Shown here piece after piece: positions 37,560 to 45,741 of a stretch of 64,000 nt of DNA. The stretch comes from an uncultured archaeon (lineage in GTDB: Archaea; Nanobdellota; Nanobdellia; Pacearchaeales; GW2011-AR1), in NCBI GenBank assembly GCA_902386025.1, contig CABMHR010000001.1:35741-99740 (forward strand). Reading direction: 5' to 3'. Both the position numbers and the translations under genes were made by a program. A model generated the notes under the pieces. The model saw only the letters and a list, made by a program, of their open reading frames with translations. It was not told where the DNA came from and ran no database searches. Positions within the stretch are counted from its first letter, which is position 1. Each line of letters starts with the position of its first letter.

Positions 37560-37808
37560 ATGTCAAAAAATATTGAAGAAAATATAATGGAAAAACCAGA
37601 AGATTTTAATGACAGACATGGGAATCCTTTAGAAAAAGATTCTCTTTATGTTCTTCCCCATCTTCTTTCTCCATTGCAATTTGAAGGTTATGACTATCTT
37701 CAAGAAGGAGATTTCAAAAACTTGAGAGCAGTTTTCACAAATTCAAAAGGTTGCAATTTATACTTTAACAAAAACCAAGTTGCTGCCTTTGTAATAAAAG
37801 TAAACTAA
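37560..37808 (+). CDS. hypothetical protein
   Basis: 82-aa ORF in the island. No motif recognised. Confidence 0.3.
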   Translation: MSKNIEENIMEKPEDFNDRHGNPLEKDSLYVLPHLLSPLQFEGYDYLQEGDFKNLRAVFTNSKGCNLYFNKNQVAAFVIKVN

Positions 37809-37870
37809 CCTTATCTAAGTGCACATTTCAAGATATAAATTCTTAAAAACATCACCAAATCAATTCTTTT

Positions 37871-38215
37871 ATGAAAAATGAATTCATAGAAAAGCCGTGG
37901 GTTGTTTATGGCTGGTTTCATGGCTTATGGGATATTGGTAGAGTAATAAATGAATCATTAGACATACAGCACGATGAAGAGAGAGAATATGTTTTAAAAC
38001 ATTCTTCCAACCGCATCATCAAAACATTTCAAACTTCTGAAGAAGCAATAAACTATTGTTTTGAAACTCAACTTCACAAATCAGGATGTTTTGATTCAAC
38101 AGATGCAATATTTCAAAGAGTTTTATCCTATTTTCCTAAAGCAACTAAACTGGAAGCAATCCAATTTTTCTATAATACATTAATAGCTCATCAGAAAAAA
38201 AGAGGCAGTTCATAA
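37871..38215 (+). CDS. hypothetical protein (paralog of 38243..38668)
   Basis: Shares the N-terminal block KPWVVYGWFHGLWDIGRVINES with NPWGVYGWFLGSGDIGKIVEDS. Confidence 0.4.
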   Translation: MKNEFIEKPWVVYGWFHGLWDIGRVINESLDIQHDEEREYVLKHSSNRIIKTFQTSEEAINYCFETQLHKSGCFDSTDAIFQRVLSYFPKATKLEAIQFFYNTLIAHQKKRGSS

Positions 38216-38242
38216 AGGCAATCTTAGTGCACAAATATAAAA

Positions 38243-38668
38243 ATGACAGAAGAAAAAACACAAATAGAAAATCCATGGGGAGTTTATGGCTGGTTTCTTG
38301 GTTCAGGGGATATTGGAAAAATTGTTGAAGATTCTAAATGTAGTTGTTATATTCAATATTGTGAAGGACAAAGATATCCTGCAGAATGTTGGGATTCAGA
38401 ATGGGTTCATAAATTTGATAATCCCTTAAAAGCAATTGAATATTTTCTTTTGCATAATCATGATGGGTTTAGTAAGGAACAAGTAATAGAGCACTTCTTG
38501 AGAGACTTCCCCAGTGAGAAAAAGACACTTAAACGACTCTTAGAACAAAGCCCGCCTAAGTGCACACAAGCAGATATAGATTCTGGAAAAGTTGAAGAAA
38601 GCCATGATGGAAGTCTTCACGAAACACACACTAAAGACAGATTTCCTCATCCAAATAAAAAATATTAA
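38243..38668 (+). CDS. hypothetical protein (paralog of 37871..38215)
   Basis: Same N-terminal W-rich block and a shared AIEYF/AINYCF segment. Confidence 0.4.
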   Translation: MTEEKTQIENPWGVYGWFLGSGDIGKIVEDSKCSCYIQYCEGQRYPAECWDSEWVHKFDNPLKAIEYFLLHNHDGFSKEQVIEHFLRDFPSEKKTLKRLLEQSPPKCTQADIDSGKVEESHDGSLHETHTKDRFPHPNKKY

Positions 38669-38683
38669 TCTTCCTTCATAAAA

Positions 38684-38709
38684 CTTCGTACAACCTATAT
38701 TGTGCGAAC
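38684..38709. promoter_or_regulatory. candidate tyrosine-recombinase core site (inverted arms, 6-bp spacer)
   Basis: CTTCGTACAA-CCTATA-TTGTGCGAAC. The arms are 8/10 inverted repeats. A third arm copy GTTCGTACAA lies at 38740-38749. The site starts 74 nt upstream of the Xer-like gene start (38758). Confidence 0.35.
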
Positions 38710-38757
38710 TACCAAATTACAACACTTTTTTATAAATAAGTTCGTACAATCTTTTTT

Positions 38758-39588
38758 ATGAAAAAAGAAGAATTTCTTGAAAAATTAAACGTAGAATTGA
38801 CTATCTCCAAGAACTCTAAATACACCTTAAGGAATTACTTAAATGCAAATTTAGAGCTGCTTGAATTTTTTAAAAAAGAGCCATCTGAAATTACAGAAGA
38901 TGATGTTAAGATGTTCATGGCCAAAAAATTAACAGATTCCTCCTCTTCCTCCATCATAGTATTTTTGTCTGCACTAAGATTTGCCTACTCCAATATTTTG
39001 AAAAAAGATGTAACTTTGGGAATAAAACGTCCAAAGAGAGAAAAGCGAATTCCAGCAGTTTTAACAAAAGAAGAAGTAAAACGTTTGTTTGCTAATCTTC
39101 CAAATAAAAAGAGCAAACTTATGATAAGCTTAATCTATGCCTGTGGGTTTAGGGTTTCAGAGCTTCTTAATCTTAAACTGAATGATTTAAACTTTGAAGA
39201 AATGATTTGTCATGTAAGGCAGGCAAAAGGCAAAAAGGATAGAATTGTTAACATTCCCCATTTTTTATTAAAAGACTTGAAGAAACAGGCAGTAAAACAA
39301 CAGGAATCAAGACAAGATTATCTCTTTACTGGGCTAAAGGGGAGATTAACAGAGAGAAATATTCAAAAGATAGTTCAAAAGACAGCAAAAAAAGCAGGAA
39401 TTGACAAAGAAGTTCATCCTCACACTTTAAGACACAGCTTTGCAACACATTTACTTGAAAATGGAACAGACATAAGGAAAATTCAGGAACTCTTAGGACA
39501 TGCAGATTTATCAACAACTCAAATTTATACTCATATCTCAACAGAGGAATTAAAAAAGATAAAATCTCCTTTAGATGATTTAATGTAA
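38758..39588 (+). CDS. XerA/XerC/D-like tyrosine recombinase
   Basis: N-terminal SAM-like domain. Catalytic blocks GFRVSELLNL, HPHTLRHSFATHLLENG and LLGHADLSTTQIYTH (R..HxxR..H..Y). Confidence 0.85.
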   Translation: MKKEEFLEKLNVELTISKNSKYTLRNYLNANLELLEFFKKEPSEITEDDVKMFMAKKLTDSSSSSIIVFLSALRFAYSNILKKDVTLGIKRPKREKRIPAVLTKEEVKRLFANLPNKKSKLMISLIYACGFRVSELLNLKLNDLNFEEMICHVRQAKGKKDRIVNIPHFLLKDLKKQAVKQQESRQDYLFTGLKGRLTERNIQKIVQKTAKKAGIDKEVHPHTLRHSFATHLLENGTDIRKIQELLGHADLSTTQIYTHISTEELKKIKSPLDDLM

Positions 39589-39891
39589 ATGGAAGAAAGA
39601 GATAAGACATTAAGAAGAAAGGCATTTGAGAGAAATAAGTTTACTTGTCAGAAATGCAAGATTCAGGATAAAACAGGAAAAATTTTAGAAGCACATCATA
39701 TAACTCCCATTTATTCTGGAGGAAAAGATATATTAGACAATGTTATTACTTTATGCAATGATTGTCACCATTTTGCCTCAAACAGCAAACAAGAGTTTGA
39801 TGAATATTTGAAAGAAGAAATGGACGGAACATTAACTACTTTAATGAAGGCATGGGAAAAAGTGATATCTGAGAATCCAGATTTAAAATGA
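39589..39891 (+). CDS. HNH endonuclease
   Basis: CQKC...EAHHITPIYSGGKDILDNVITLCNDCHH. The start directly follows the recombinase stop. Confidence 0.75.
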   Translation: MEERDKTLRRKAFERNKFTCQKCKIQDKTGKILEAHHITPIYSGGKDILDNVITLCNDCHHFASNSKQEFDEYLKEEMDGTLTTLMKAWEKVISENPDLK

Positions 39892-40310
39892 CAAGCGAAA
39901 TTGAAAATTTAAGAAAAGAGAATGAAGAACTGAAAAAAGAAATTGAAAGATTAAAGTCGGTAAAAGCAAATCAGAAGGCAGGAATGATTAAGAAAGCAAC
40001 ACAGGGAAATTTAATGTCCCGTGCCCCTTTTGGCTACAATATTGAAAACGGAAAGCTTGTTCCAGCACAAAATTCAAAAGAAATAGAAGAAATCTTTGAA
40101 GAATTTTTAAACAGCAGCATAAGCCTTCATCAGCTTTCAGAGAAGCATCATCTTTCTGTAAATGGATTAAAGAAAATCCTGAAGAATTTTACTTATATAG
40201 GGAAAATAAAATTTAACAATCAGATTCACGAAGGCACACATCAGCCGATTGTTTCATCAACTTTGTTTAATCATGTTCAGAATAAGCTGGAGAAGATGGG
40301 GATAAAATAA
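39888..40310 (+). CDS. serine-recombinase 'Recombinase' domain protein lacking the catalytic resolvase domain
   Basis: N-terminal coiled coil, then RAPFGYNIENGKLVPAQNSKEIEEIFEEFL...LKKILKNFTYIGKIKFN...HQPIVSSTLFNHVQ, typical of the large-serine-recombinase middle domain. ATGA overlap with the HNH gene. Confidence 0.5.
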   Translation: MTSEIENLRKENEELKKEIERLKSVKANQKAGMIKKATQGNLMSRAPFGYNIENGKLVPAQNSKEIEEIFEEFLNSSISLHQLSEKHHLSVNGLKKILKNFTYIGKIKFNNQIHEGTHQPIVSSTLFNHVQNKLEKMGIK

Positions 40311-40399
40311 TTCTCTCATTAGGAAAATTATTAATGATAAACCCTGACGCGTGTGATTAATTGATGACGTTCTTCTTAAAAAGAAGTGATAACTTAACT

Positions 40400-40651
40400 T
40401 TATCTTCTCTTCTTTCCAAAAGGAAATGGCTTTTTTTCAGACAAGAATGAAATGTATTTGAAGAAAATATAAATTTGGCTGCTGAACATTGCATTGATGC
40501 GAAGAAGTTCTTTTTCTTTCTTTTTTCCTGCAAGCATAAGTATCATCTGAACTAATGCAAATATGCAGGCAAAAAATCCCCAGATATGCAATATTGCTCC
40601 AGATACAATAAAAATTGGGATTCTCATCCATACACTCTTTTTTCGCTTCAT
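40400..40651 (-). CDS. small two-TM membrane protein
   Basis: 83-aa hydrophobic ORF downstream of rps9. No family recognised. Confidence 0.3.
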   Translation of the reverse strand: MKRKKSVWMRIPIFIVSGAILHIWGFFACIFALVQMILMLAGKKKEKELLRINAMFSSQIYIFFKYISFLSEKKPFPFGKKRR

Positions 40652-40680
40652 ATTATTTTTAATAGAATATTATTTATAAA

Positions 40681-41085
40681 TTATCTGTAACTCTTCTGTC
40701 TTCTTGTTCTCGCCTTTCCTGCTCCAGGCTTTCTGACTTCTTTTCTTCTGACATCTGCAACAAGAAGGTTTCTGTCATATTCAAGCAATGATTTTTCCAG
40801 TTCATCTGATTTTGTGAATACAACCATCCCTTTTGCAAGTGCAACTCTTGCAGCTTCTATCTGCCCCTTTGAACCTCCGCCAATAACGTTTATATCTGCA
40901 TTAAAATTCAATTTTCCCAAAACCTTTTCTGCAATTCTTAATGGCTCTTCAATTTTTAACTTGTCAAAGATATGAAATAATTTGTAATCTTTCTGGTTTA
41001 TCCAGACTTTTCCTGTTCCCTCTTCAAAAACAGCTCTTGCTACTGCTCTTTTTCTTTTTCCAGAACTTATTATTTTGTTTACCAT
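40681..41085 (-). CDS. rps9: 30S ribosomal protein S9 (uS9)
   Basis: GKRKRAVARA...GGGSKGQIEAARVALAKG...RRKEVRKPG..KARTRRQKSYR. Confidence 0.95.
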   Translation of the reverse strand: MVNKIISSGKRKRAVARAVFEEGTGKVWINQKDYKLFHIFDKLKIEEPLRIAEKVLGKLNFNADINVIGGGSKGQIEAARVALAKGMVVFTKSDELEKSLLEYDRNLLVADVRRKEVRKPGAGKARTRRQKSYR

Positions 41086-41486
41086 TTTGAAATCTCCTTA
41101 ACTCTTACCATTTTGCTCTTGCTTTGGAATTTTGATTTTTCTGCAACAATAATTTTCTTTCCTGCTTCAAGTTCTTTTGGAACTCCAACATAGCATTTTA
41201 TTTTTTTTAATGCAACTCTTCCTCTTCCTGTTCTGTAATTAGGAAGCATGCCCCTTATTACTCTCTTGACTCTCTTCTCGCTTATTCTTGAAACTTTCGG
41301 CCCTTTCTGCGTGCTTCCAACTCTCTTCCTCTTTGCTTCAAGCTCTTCTTCAATATTTTTTTTGTTTCCTGTTATAATTATCTGTTCGCAGTTTACTATT
41401 GCAATTTCTTCTCCTTTAAGCGCTTCTTTTGCTGCATAGCTGGCAATTCTTCCCAAAACTGCATCTTTTCCTTCTAAAATTTTCAT
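41079..41486 (-). CDS. rpl13: 50S ribosomal protein L13 (uL13)
   Basis: DAVLGRIASYAAKEAL.GEEI.IVN...ITG and IRGMLP motifs. Located in the operon upstream of S9. Confidence 0.9.
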   Translation of the reverse strand: MKILEGKDAVLGRIASYAAKEALKGEEIAIVNCEQIIITGNKKNIEEELEAKRKRVGSTQKGPKVSRISEKRVKRVIRGMLPNYRTGRGRVALKKIKCYVGVPKELEAGKKIIVAEKSKFQSKSKMVRVKEISKW

Positions 41487-41770
41487 TCTATTCCCCCCAT
41501 AATTTCTCTTTCATATAAATCAGTGCACAGCTCGTCTAATATTCTTTTTGTTATTTCTCCCTGCGAGTTTCTTCCAGCAGTTAATTCTTCAATGCAATTT
41601 CTTCCCAGCCCCCATATTACAAATGCTTTTAATTCAAAATACTCTTTAGAATTTGTTGGAAGATTATATAATTTTTGGGCGTCTAAAACAAGCTCTTCTC
41701 TTGATGGAGCTGCAGTCCAGCATCTTGCATAAGATTGTCTTATGCTATTAATTATTCTTTCTCTGCTCAT
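41483..41770 (-). CDS. hypothetical 95-aa protein embedded in the r-protein operon
   Basis: The start overlaps the L18e stop and the stop overlaps the L13 start, 4 nt each. No family recognised. Confidence 0.5.
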   Translation of the reverse strand: MSRERIINSIRQSYARCWTAAPSREELVLDAQKLYNLPTNSKEYFELKAFVIWGLGRNCIEELTAGRNSQGEITKRILDELCTDLYEREIMGGIE

Positions 41771-42135
41771 TTTATTATCCTCACATTTTTTGCATCTGGA
41801 TTTTTTCTTATCTCTTCTGCTATTGTAGAAATTTCTCCTTTTGCCTTTAATATTTTTTCTTTTGCCTTGTTTGAAAAACTTAATGCAGCTACTTTAATCT
41901 TTTTGTTCAAATCTCCCTGCGAAAGAACTTTCCCAGGAATAAGGATTGTTTCGCCTTCCTTTGCTTCTTTGTCAAGTTCGTCGATATTTATTATTTTCAT
42001 ATTTGCTCTCGGGCTTGAAAGCAATCCTGCAACTTCAACCCATTTGTCTTTTTTCTTTGCAAGAAGAATGGTTTCAACTAATTCCGGATTATTTTTTCTT
42101 TCTGCCTGTTTTCCTATAAGTGTTTTTGATTTCAT
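41767..42135 (-). CDS. rpl18e: 50S ribosomal protein L18e
   Basis: NPELVETILLAKKK...LIPGKVLSQGDL..KIKVAALSFS..A.EKI pattern. Canonical position between RpoD and L13. Confidence 0.85.
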   Translation of the reverse strand: MKSKTLIGKQAERKNNPELVETILLAKKKDKWVEVAGLLSSPRANMKIINIDELDKEAKEGETILIPGKVLSQGDLNKKIKVAALSFSNKAKEKILKAKGEISTIAEEIRKNPDAKNVRIIK

Positions 42136-42218
42136 GTTTGAAATATCTGCAATAAATAGAGAAATTTTCTCTACTCAAATCGCTTTCGCTCGCAGATAAA
42201 AACCTGACATTTCAGAGG

Positions 42219-42256
42219 TTTATAAAACTTTTTATAGGCATATTTTATGGTATTAT
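42219..42256 (+). promoter_or_regulatory. conserved tRNA promoter module (double TATA)
   Basis: TTTATAAAACTTTTTATAGGCATATTTTATGGTATTAT matches 50837-50874 at 35/38. The second TATA centre is about 27 nt upstream of the tRNA 5' end. Confidence 0.6.
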
Positions 42257-42260
42257 ATAA

Positions 42261-42344
42261 GCGGGATTGCCAGAGCGGTCAAATGGGACAGACTCAAAAT
42301 CTGTTGGCTCAGTGCCTACAAAGGTTCGAATCCTTTATCCCGCA
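42261..42344 (+). tRNA. tRNA-Leu(CAA), type II
   Basis: Hand fold: acceptor GCGGGAT/ATCCCGC, anticodon arm ACAGA-CTCAAAA-TCTGT, long variable arm, T arm AAAGG-TTCGAAT-CCTTT. CCA is not encoded. Confidence 0.9.
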
Positions 42345-42348
42345 CTTT

Positions 42349-43071
42349 TTATTTAGAAATCTTCTTTGCGAATTCTTTCAAGTCATCTTTAAGGACAGCA
42401 ATTGCTCTCTTGAATATTTCATCTTCGCTTATCTGTCCGAATGATTCTACAGTTATAATAAGCTCTTTTGAGGGAATTAATTCTATTGAATCTTTTCCAA
42501 CTTTCTTGCAGAAATCCACACACGCTTCGCACATATCGCACTTTTCCTCGTCAATAACTGCAACTTTTCCGTTGTCAAGAACTAATATTTTCTGCGGGCA
42601 GACATTCACAACTTCTTTTGGACAATCTTTGTCTATCTTAACTTTTACTGAATTTCTGTAAAACATTAATCCTGGGGAAAATTTTGAATGTGTGCTTCCC
42701 TTTCCAACTTTTGCAGTTGCAAGAATCTCAAGTTCCTGCCCTTTTTTCAGAACAGTAATCGGTATCTTGTCATAAACAGGAGAAACTCTTCCCTTAAGCT
42801 CTTCAGAATAAATAACCCCGTCCTTTTTAGCGACTAATGTCAATTGTTCAACACTTTTTTCATCAATTGTCTTGTCCATCTTAAGAGGAATCATTCCTAT
42901 TCTGTGGGCAACTGTTTCGTCATATAATGGAGAATCGTTTTTTGATATCTCAACTTCATCAACTGCAAGAATTGGGATTTGATCTACATATCTTCTTATT
43001 GCATTTGCCAAACTTTCATCTGCTTCTAATGTGAATGTTATCTGATTGTTTTTTTTGTTTATTGTTTTCAT
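42349..43071 (-). CDS. rpoD: DNA-directed RNA polymerase subunit D (Rpo3) with 4Fe-4S-type Cys cluster
   Basis: LANAIRR, HRIGMIPL and the ferredoxin-like CPQK...C.MCEACVDFC insert. Follows S11 in the operon. Confidence 0.9.
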   Translation of the reverse strand: MKTINKKNNQITFTLEADESLANAIRRYVDQIPILAVDEVEISKNDSPLYDETVAHRIGMIPLKMDKTIDEKSVEQLTLVAKKDGVIYSEELKGRVSPVYDKIPITVLKKGQELEILATAKVGKGSTHSKFSPGLMFYRNSVKVKIDKDCPKEVVNVCPQKILVLDNGKVAVIDEEKCDMCEACVDFCKKVGKDSIELIPSKELIITVESFGQISEDEIFKRAIAVLKDDLKEFAKKISK

Positions 43072-43108
43072 GGGATTATTTTATAAAGCTGATTTTTAAA
43101 TTTATGTT

Positions 43109-43558
43109 TTAAGGACGTCTGCCTCTTCTTCCGCCCTTGACTTTTGGCCCACCTCTTGGGAATCTTGTAGTGTCTAATATGTTTAATATTTTAAATCCCT
43201 CTCTTGTCAAACTCTTGATTATTGCATTTGCACCAGGCCCCAATGCAGGGCTTCTTGTCTTTGCTCTTATTCTTACATAAAGAGATTTAATTCCAAGTTC
43301 ATTCATTGTTTCTGCAATCCTTTTTGCTATAAATATAGCGATAGTGGGATTTGCTTTCAATCTTCCGTGCTTTGTAACCATTCCCCCTGTAACCTTGGCA
43401 ATTGTTTTCCCAGACATATCTGTAACATGGGCAATTGTGTTATTGAAAGAAGTATAAACATTTAAGATTGCTTCAAGCTCTTTTCCATCTTTCTTTTCTG
43501 TTTTTTCAATCTTCTTCTCTTCTGTTTCAATTGGTATTTCTTCAATTGGGCGCTTCAT
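43109..43558 (-). CDS. rps11: 30S ribosomal protein S11 (uS11)
   Basis: NNTIAHVTD.SG...GGM...TRSPALGPGA..AI..L...G.KI..I.DTT..P..G. Confidence 0.95.
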   Translation of the reverse strand: MKRPIEEIPIETEEKKIEKTEKKDGKELEAILNVYTSFNNTIAHVTDMSGKTIAKVTGGMVTKHGRLKANPTIAIFIAKRIAETMNELGIKSLYVRIRAKTRSPALGPGANAIIKSLTREGFKILNILDTTRFPRGGPKVKGGRRGRRP

Positions 43559-44049
43559 TCTTCTGCTCCTTCACTTTCAATCTTGCTCTTTTTAGTTTTT
43601 ATTTTATTTGCTTTTATAGAAATTTTATTTTCCAACTCTACTGGAACAATAAATGAAGGCGCATTTATGCTGTTTCCACTGATTAAAACTTTTTTGTGTG
43701 TTATAAGCTGTCTTGCACTTTTTTGTGTTGTAGCCATTCCTTTTTGAACAAGCACTGTCTGAAGCCTTCTTCTTAGATAATCTTTCTTGTCCAGTGAAAG
43801 AACATCCCCGATTGTGTTTACATTAAGCCCTATTTTTTTCAGTCTTTCAAAGAAAGCATTTTTCTCGTCCTCGCTTGCAGAAATTAATTTTTTTGCTTTT
43901 TCCCTGATTAGTTTTATCTTTGCGTCTGCTTTCCATATCTCTCTCTTGTTTTTTAACCCAAACTCTTCTTTTATCTTTGCTTCTTCATCTATCCTTGCTT
44001 TGTCGAATGGTCTTTTTGGACGTGAATATGTTTTATGTTTTCTTTTCAT
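43555..44049 (-). CDS. rps4: 30S ribosomal protein S4 (uS4)
   Basis: KRPFDKARIDEE..I..EFGLKNKREIWK and the S4 domain RRLQTVL...G.A.T...ARQLI.H. Confidence 0.95.
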   Translation of the reverse strand: MKRKHKTYSRPKRPFDKARIDEEAKIKEEFGLKNKREIWKADAKIKLIREKAKKLISASEDEKNAFFERLKKIGLNVNTIGDVLSLDKKDYLRRRLQTVLVQKGMATTQKSARQLITHKKVLISGNSINAPSFIVPVELENKISIKANKIKTKKSKIESEGAEE

Positions 44050-44561
44050 TTTTTAACTGCTTTCTTTTTAATTCCGACGCTCTTTCTCTTGTTTCTTCTG
44101 AAGTGGCTTCTTGTCCTCTGTCCTCTTAATGGTAACCCGATTGAATGCCTTAATCCTTTGTAGCTCTTTATCTTCTTTAATCTTCCAATATCCATTTCTT
44201 TCTGCAATTCAAGATTGCTTCCAATAAGATGCTTGTCTTCTCCTGTTTCAAAATCAGATTTTCTATTCAGCAAAAATGAGGGTATATTTGGGTTTTTTAC
44301 AAAATCATTTATCTTGTTGATTTCTGCAGGAGTTAATGAACTGATTTTTCTTTTCTTGTCCAAATTCAAGGATTTGCAGATTGCATTTGACAAACTCCAA
44401 GATATCCCTTTGATTTTTGTCAGTCCAACATAAACATTAAGCCCGCCTTCAATATCTTTGGATAGGATTCTGATTAATTTTTCGTCATATTTCTTTTCTT
44501 CCGGCTTTGGCTTGTGAGTGTGTTCCGGTTTAGCTTTTTCTTCTGTTTTTTGTTCTGCCAT
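44046..44561 (-). CDS. rps13: 30S ribosomal protein S13 (uS13)
   Basis: L..IKGI....A.AIC..L and SYKGLRH..GLP.RGQRT..H motifs. It has an extended basic N-terminus. Confidence 0.9.
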   Translation of the reverse strand: MAEQKTEEKAKPEHTHKPKPEEKKYDEKLIRILSKDIEGGLNVYVGLTKIKGISWSLSNAICKSLNLDKKRKISSLTPAEINKINDFVKNPNIPSFLLNRKSDFETGEDKHLIGSNLELQKEMDIGRLKKIKSYKGLRHSIGLPLRGQRTRSHFRRNKRKSVGIKKKAVKK

Positions 44562-44563
44562 TT

Positions 44564-45106
44564 TTATTTTACAAACAAATTGTATCTTTCAACATTTATT
44601 AGTTCACTTAATATTCTTTTCTGTACTGCTTTTTCTGGGTCTGGAAGATTTTGTATTCTTTTTTTCATGTCCTCAAATGATTCAAATTCATTTTCTTTTC
44701 TTTGTTTTAATATTTCCTGCATATGTTTTTTTCCAAATCCTGGAAGCAGTTCTATTTGATGAATCCTTTTATTGATTGCTTCTGATTTGTTGAAAAACTC
44801 AACAAATTCCTTTTCATTTTCCTTGACTATTCTCTCAACAAATTCCTGTAGCTGATTTTTTGCAGATTCTGTGAGTTTTTCTCTGTGCAATCTTCCAAGA
44901 ATGTAATATATCTCGTCTCGCTTCCCCTCTCCGATATAAACTTCTTTTCCGGCTTCTAAAGATACCCCTCGTCTTGGAACTAACTCCAATAATATTAAAT
45001 TTCTTTTACCAATTGCCTGGGCTATTGGCATCATTTTCTTCTCTAAGGGATAACCATTCGGCAGATAATCTAATATGATTGCATTTTCTTCTTTTTCCAT
45101 TTTCAT
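44564..45106 (-). CDS. DUF655/COG1491 predicted nucleic-acid-binding protein (OB + HhH)
   Basis: AIILDYLPNGYP...IAQAIG...LLELVP and LLPGFGKKHMQEIL. Canonical neighbour of rpoF/L21e. Confidence 0.7.
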   Translation of the reverse strand: MKMEKEENAIILDYLPNGYPLEKKMMPIAQAIGKRNLILLELVPRRGVSLEAGKEVYIGEGKRDEIYYILGRLHREKLTESAKNQLQEFVERIVKENEKEFVEFFNKSEAINKRIHQIELLPGFGKKHMQEILKQRKENEFESFEDMKKRIQNLPDPEKAVQKRILSELINVERYNLFVK

Positions 45107-45411
45107 TATGCAAACTTTTTAATTGCGTCAAGTATTTTTTTTGATTCATCTTCATCTAAGCTTGCATCAGCAAAAACTTTGTTTAATTCTTCGGCTGTTT
45201 CAGGCAGAATGTCTATTATTTTTACAATATGCTCGGGTTTTACTTTAATAATCCCAAAAGATTCTATTTCCTGCTTTAATTCTTTAGCTTCCTTTGCTTT
45301 AATTTTGTTGAATTTTTTTATAAATTCAATTATTTCTGTATCGCTTTCTTCATCTTTCTTGGCATATTCTATAACTTCTGCCATGCTCAATGGTTCGCTG
45401 TTTAATATCAT
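45106..45411 (-). CDS. rpoF: RNA polymerase subunit F (Rpo4)
   Basis: About 100 aa, acidic. Conserved position between L21e and DUF655. Pattern PLSMAEV...KPEHIVKIIDILPETAEEL. Confidence 0.65.
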   Translation of the reverse strand: MILNSEPLSMAEVIEYAKKDEESDTEIIEFIKKFNKIKAKEAKELKQEIESFGIIKVKPEHIVKIIDILPETAEELNKVFADASLDEDESKKILDAIKKFA

Positions 45412-45412
45412 T

Positions 45413-45676
45413 TTATTTTTTAATCTGCTTTATTTTTTTTAAATGTATTGGTTCTATTAAGATTCTTTTTTCCTTGTTTCCGTCCTTAATCTTTATCATA
45501 TAAGACTTCCCCCTTCTTCCTTCCACAATTCCAGTTATTCCCTGCAGTCTCTTTGGAAAGCTGGATTGCACTGTTCTTTCTCTTGTAATAGCAACAAAAT
45601 CGCCTTCCTTCAGCTCCTGAAAGTATCTACTAAGCTGTAATTTTCCGCGGGTTCTTACTGGTTTTCTTTCTGCCAT
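45413..45676 (-). CDS. rpl21e: 50S ribosomal protein L21e
   Basis: RTRGKL.LSRY.QE.K.GD.V.I....VQ...P.R.QG.TG.V.G.RG..Y. Confidence 0.9.
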   Translation of the reverse strand: MAERKPVRTRGKLQLSRYFQELKEGDFVAITRERTVQSSFPKRLQGITGIVEGRRGKSYMIKIKDGNKEKRILIEPIHLKKIKQIKK

Positions 45677-45741
45677 AGATTACCCAAAATTATTTCATTT
45701 AAAAAACTATCTTTTATTTAAATAAAAGAGTTAACGTCGCA

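Noticed and set aside
40331-40400. C/D-box sRNA (UGAUGA/CUGA-like words near 40334-40365)
   Set aside because: Box order and spacing do not fit C-D'-C'-D, and there is no terminal D box. The CTTCTT-AAAA-AGAAG hairpin is more simply a terminator for the recombinase cassette.
41735-42199. 154-aa plus-strand ORF
   Set aside because: It is antisense to L18e and the 95-aa operon gene, with low-complexity Phe/Ser-rich translation.
42247-42444. 65-aa plus-strand ORF
   Set aside because: It reads straight through tRNA-Leu(CAA) and then antisense into rpoD. The ATG belongs to the conserved promoter module, so the ORF is an artefact.
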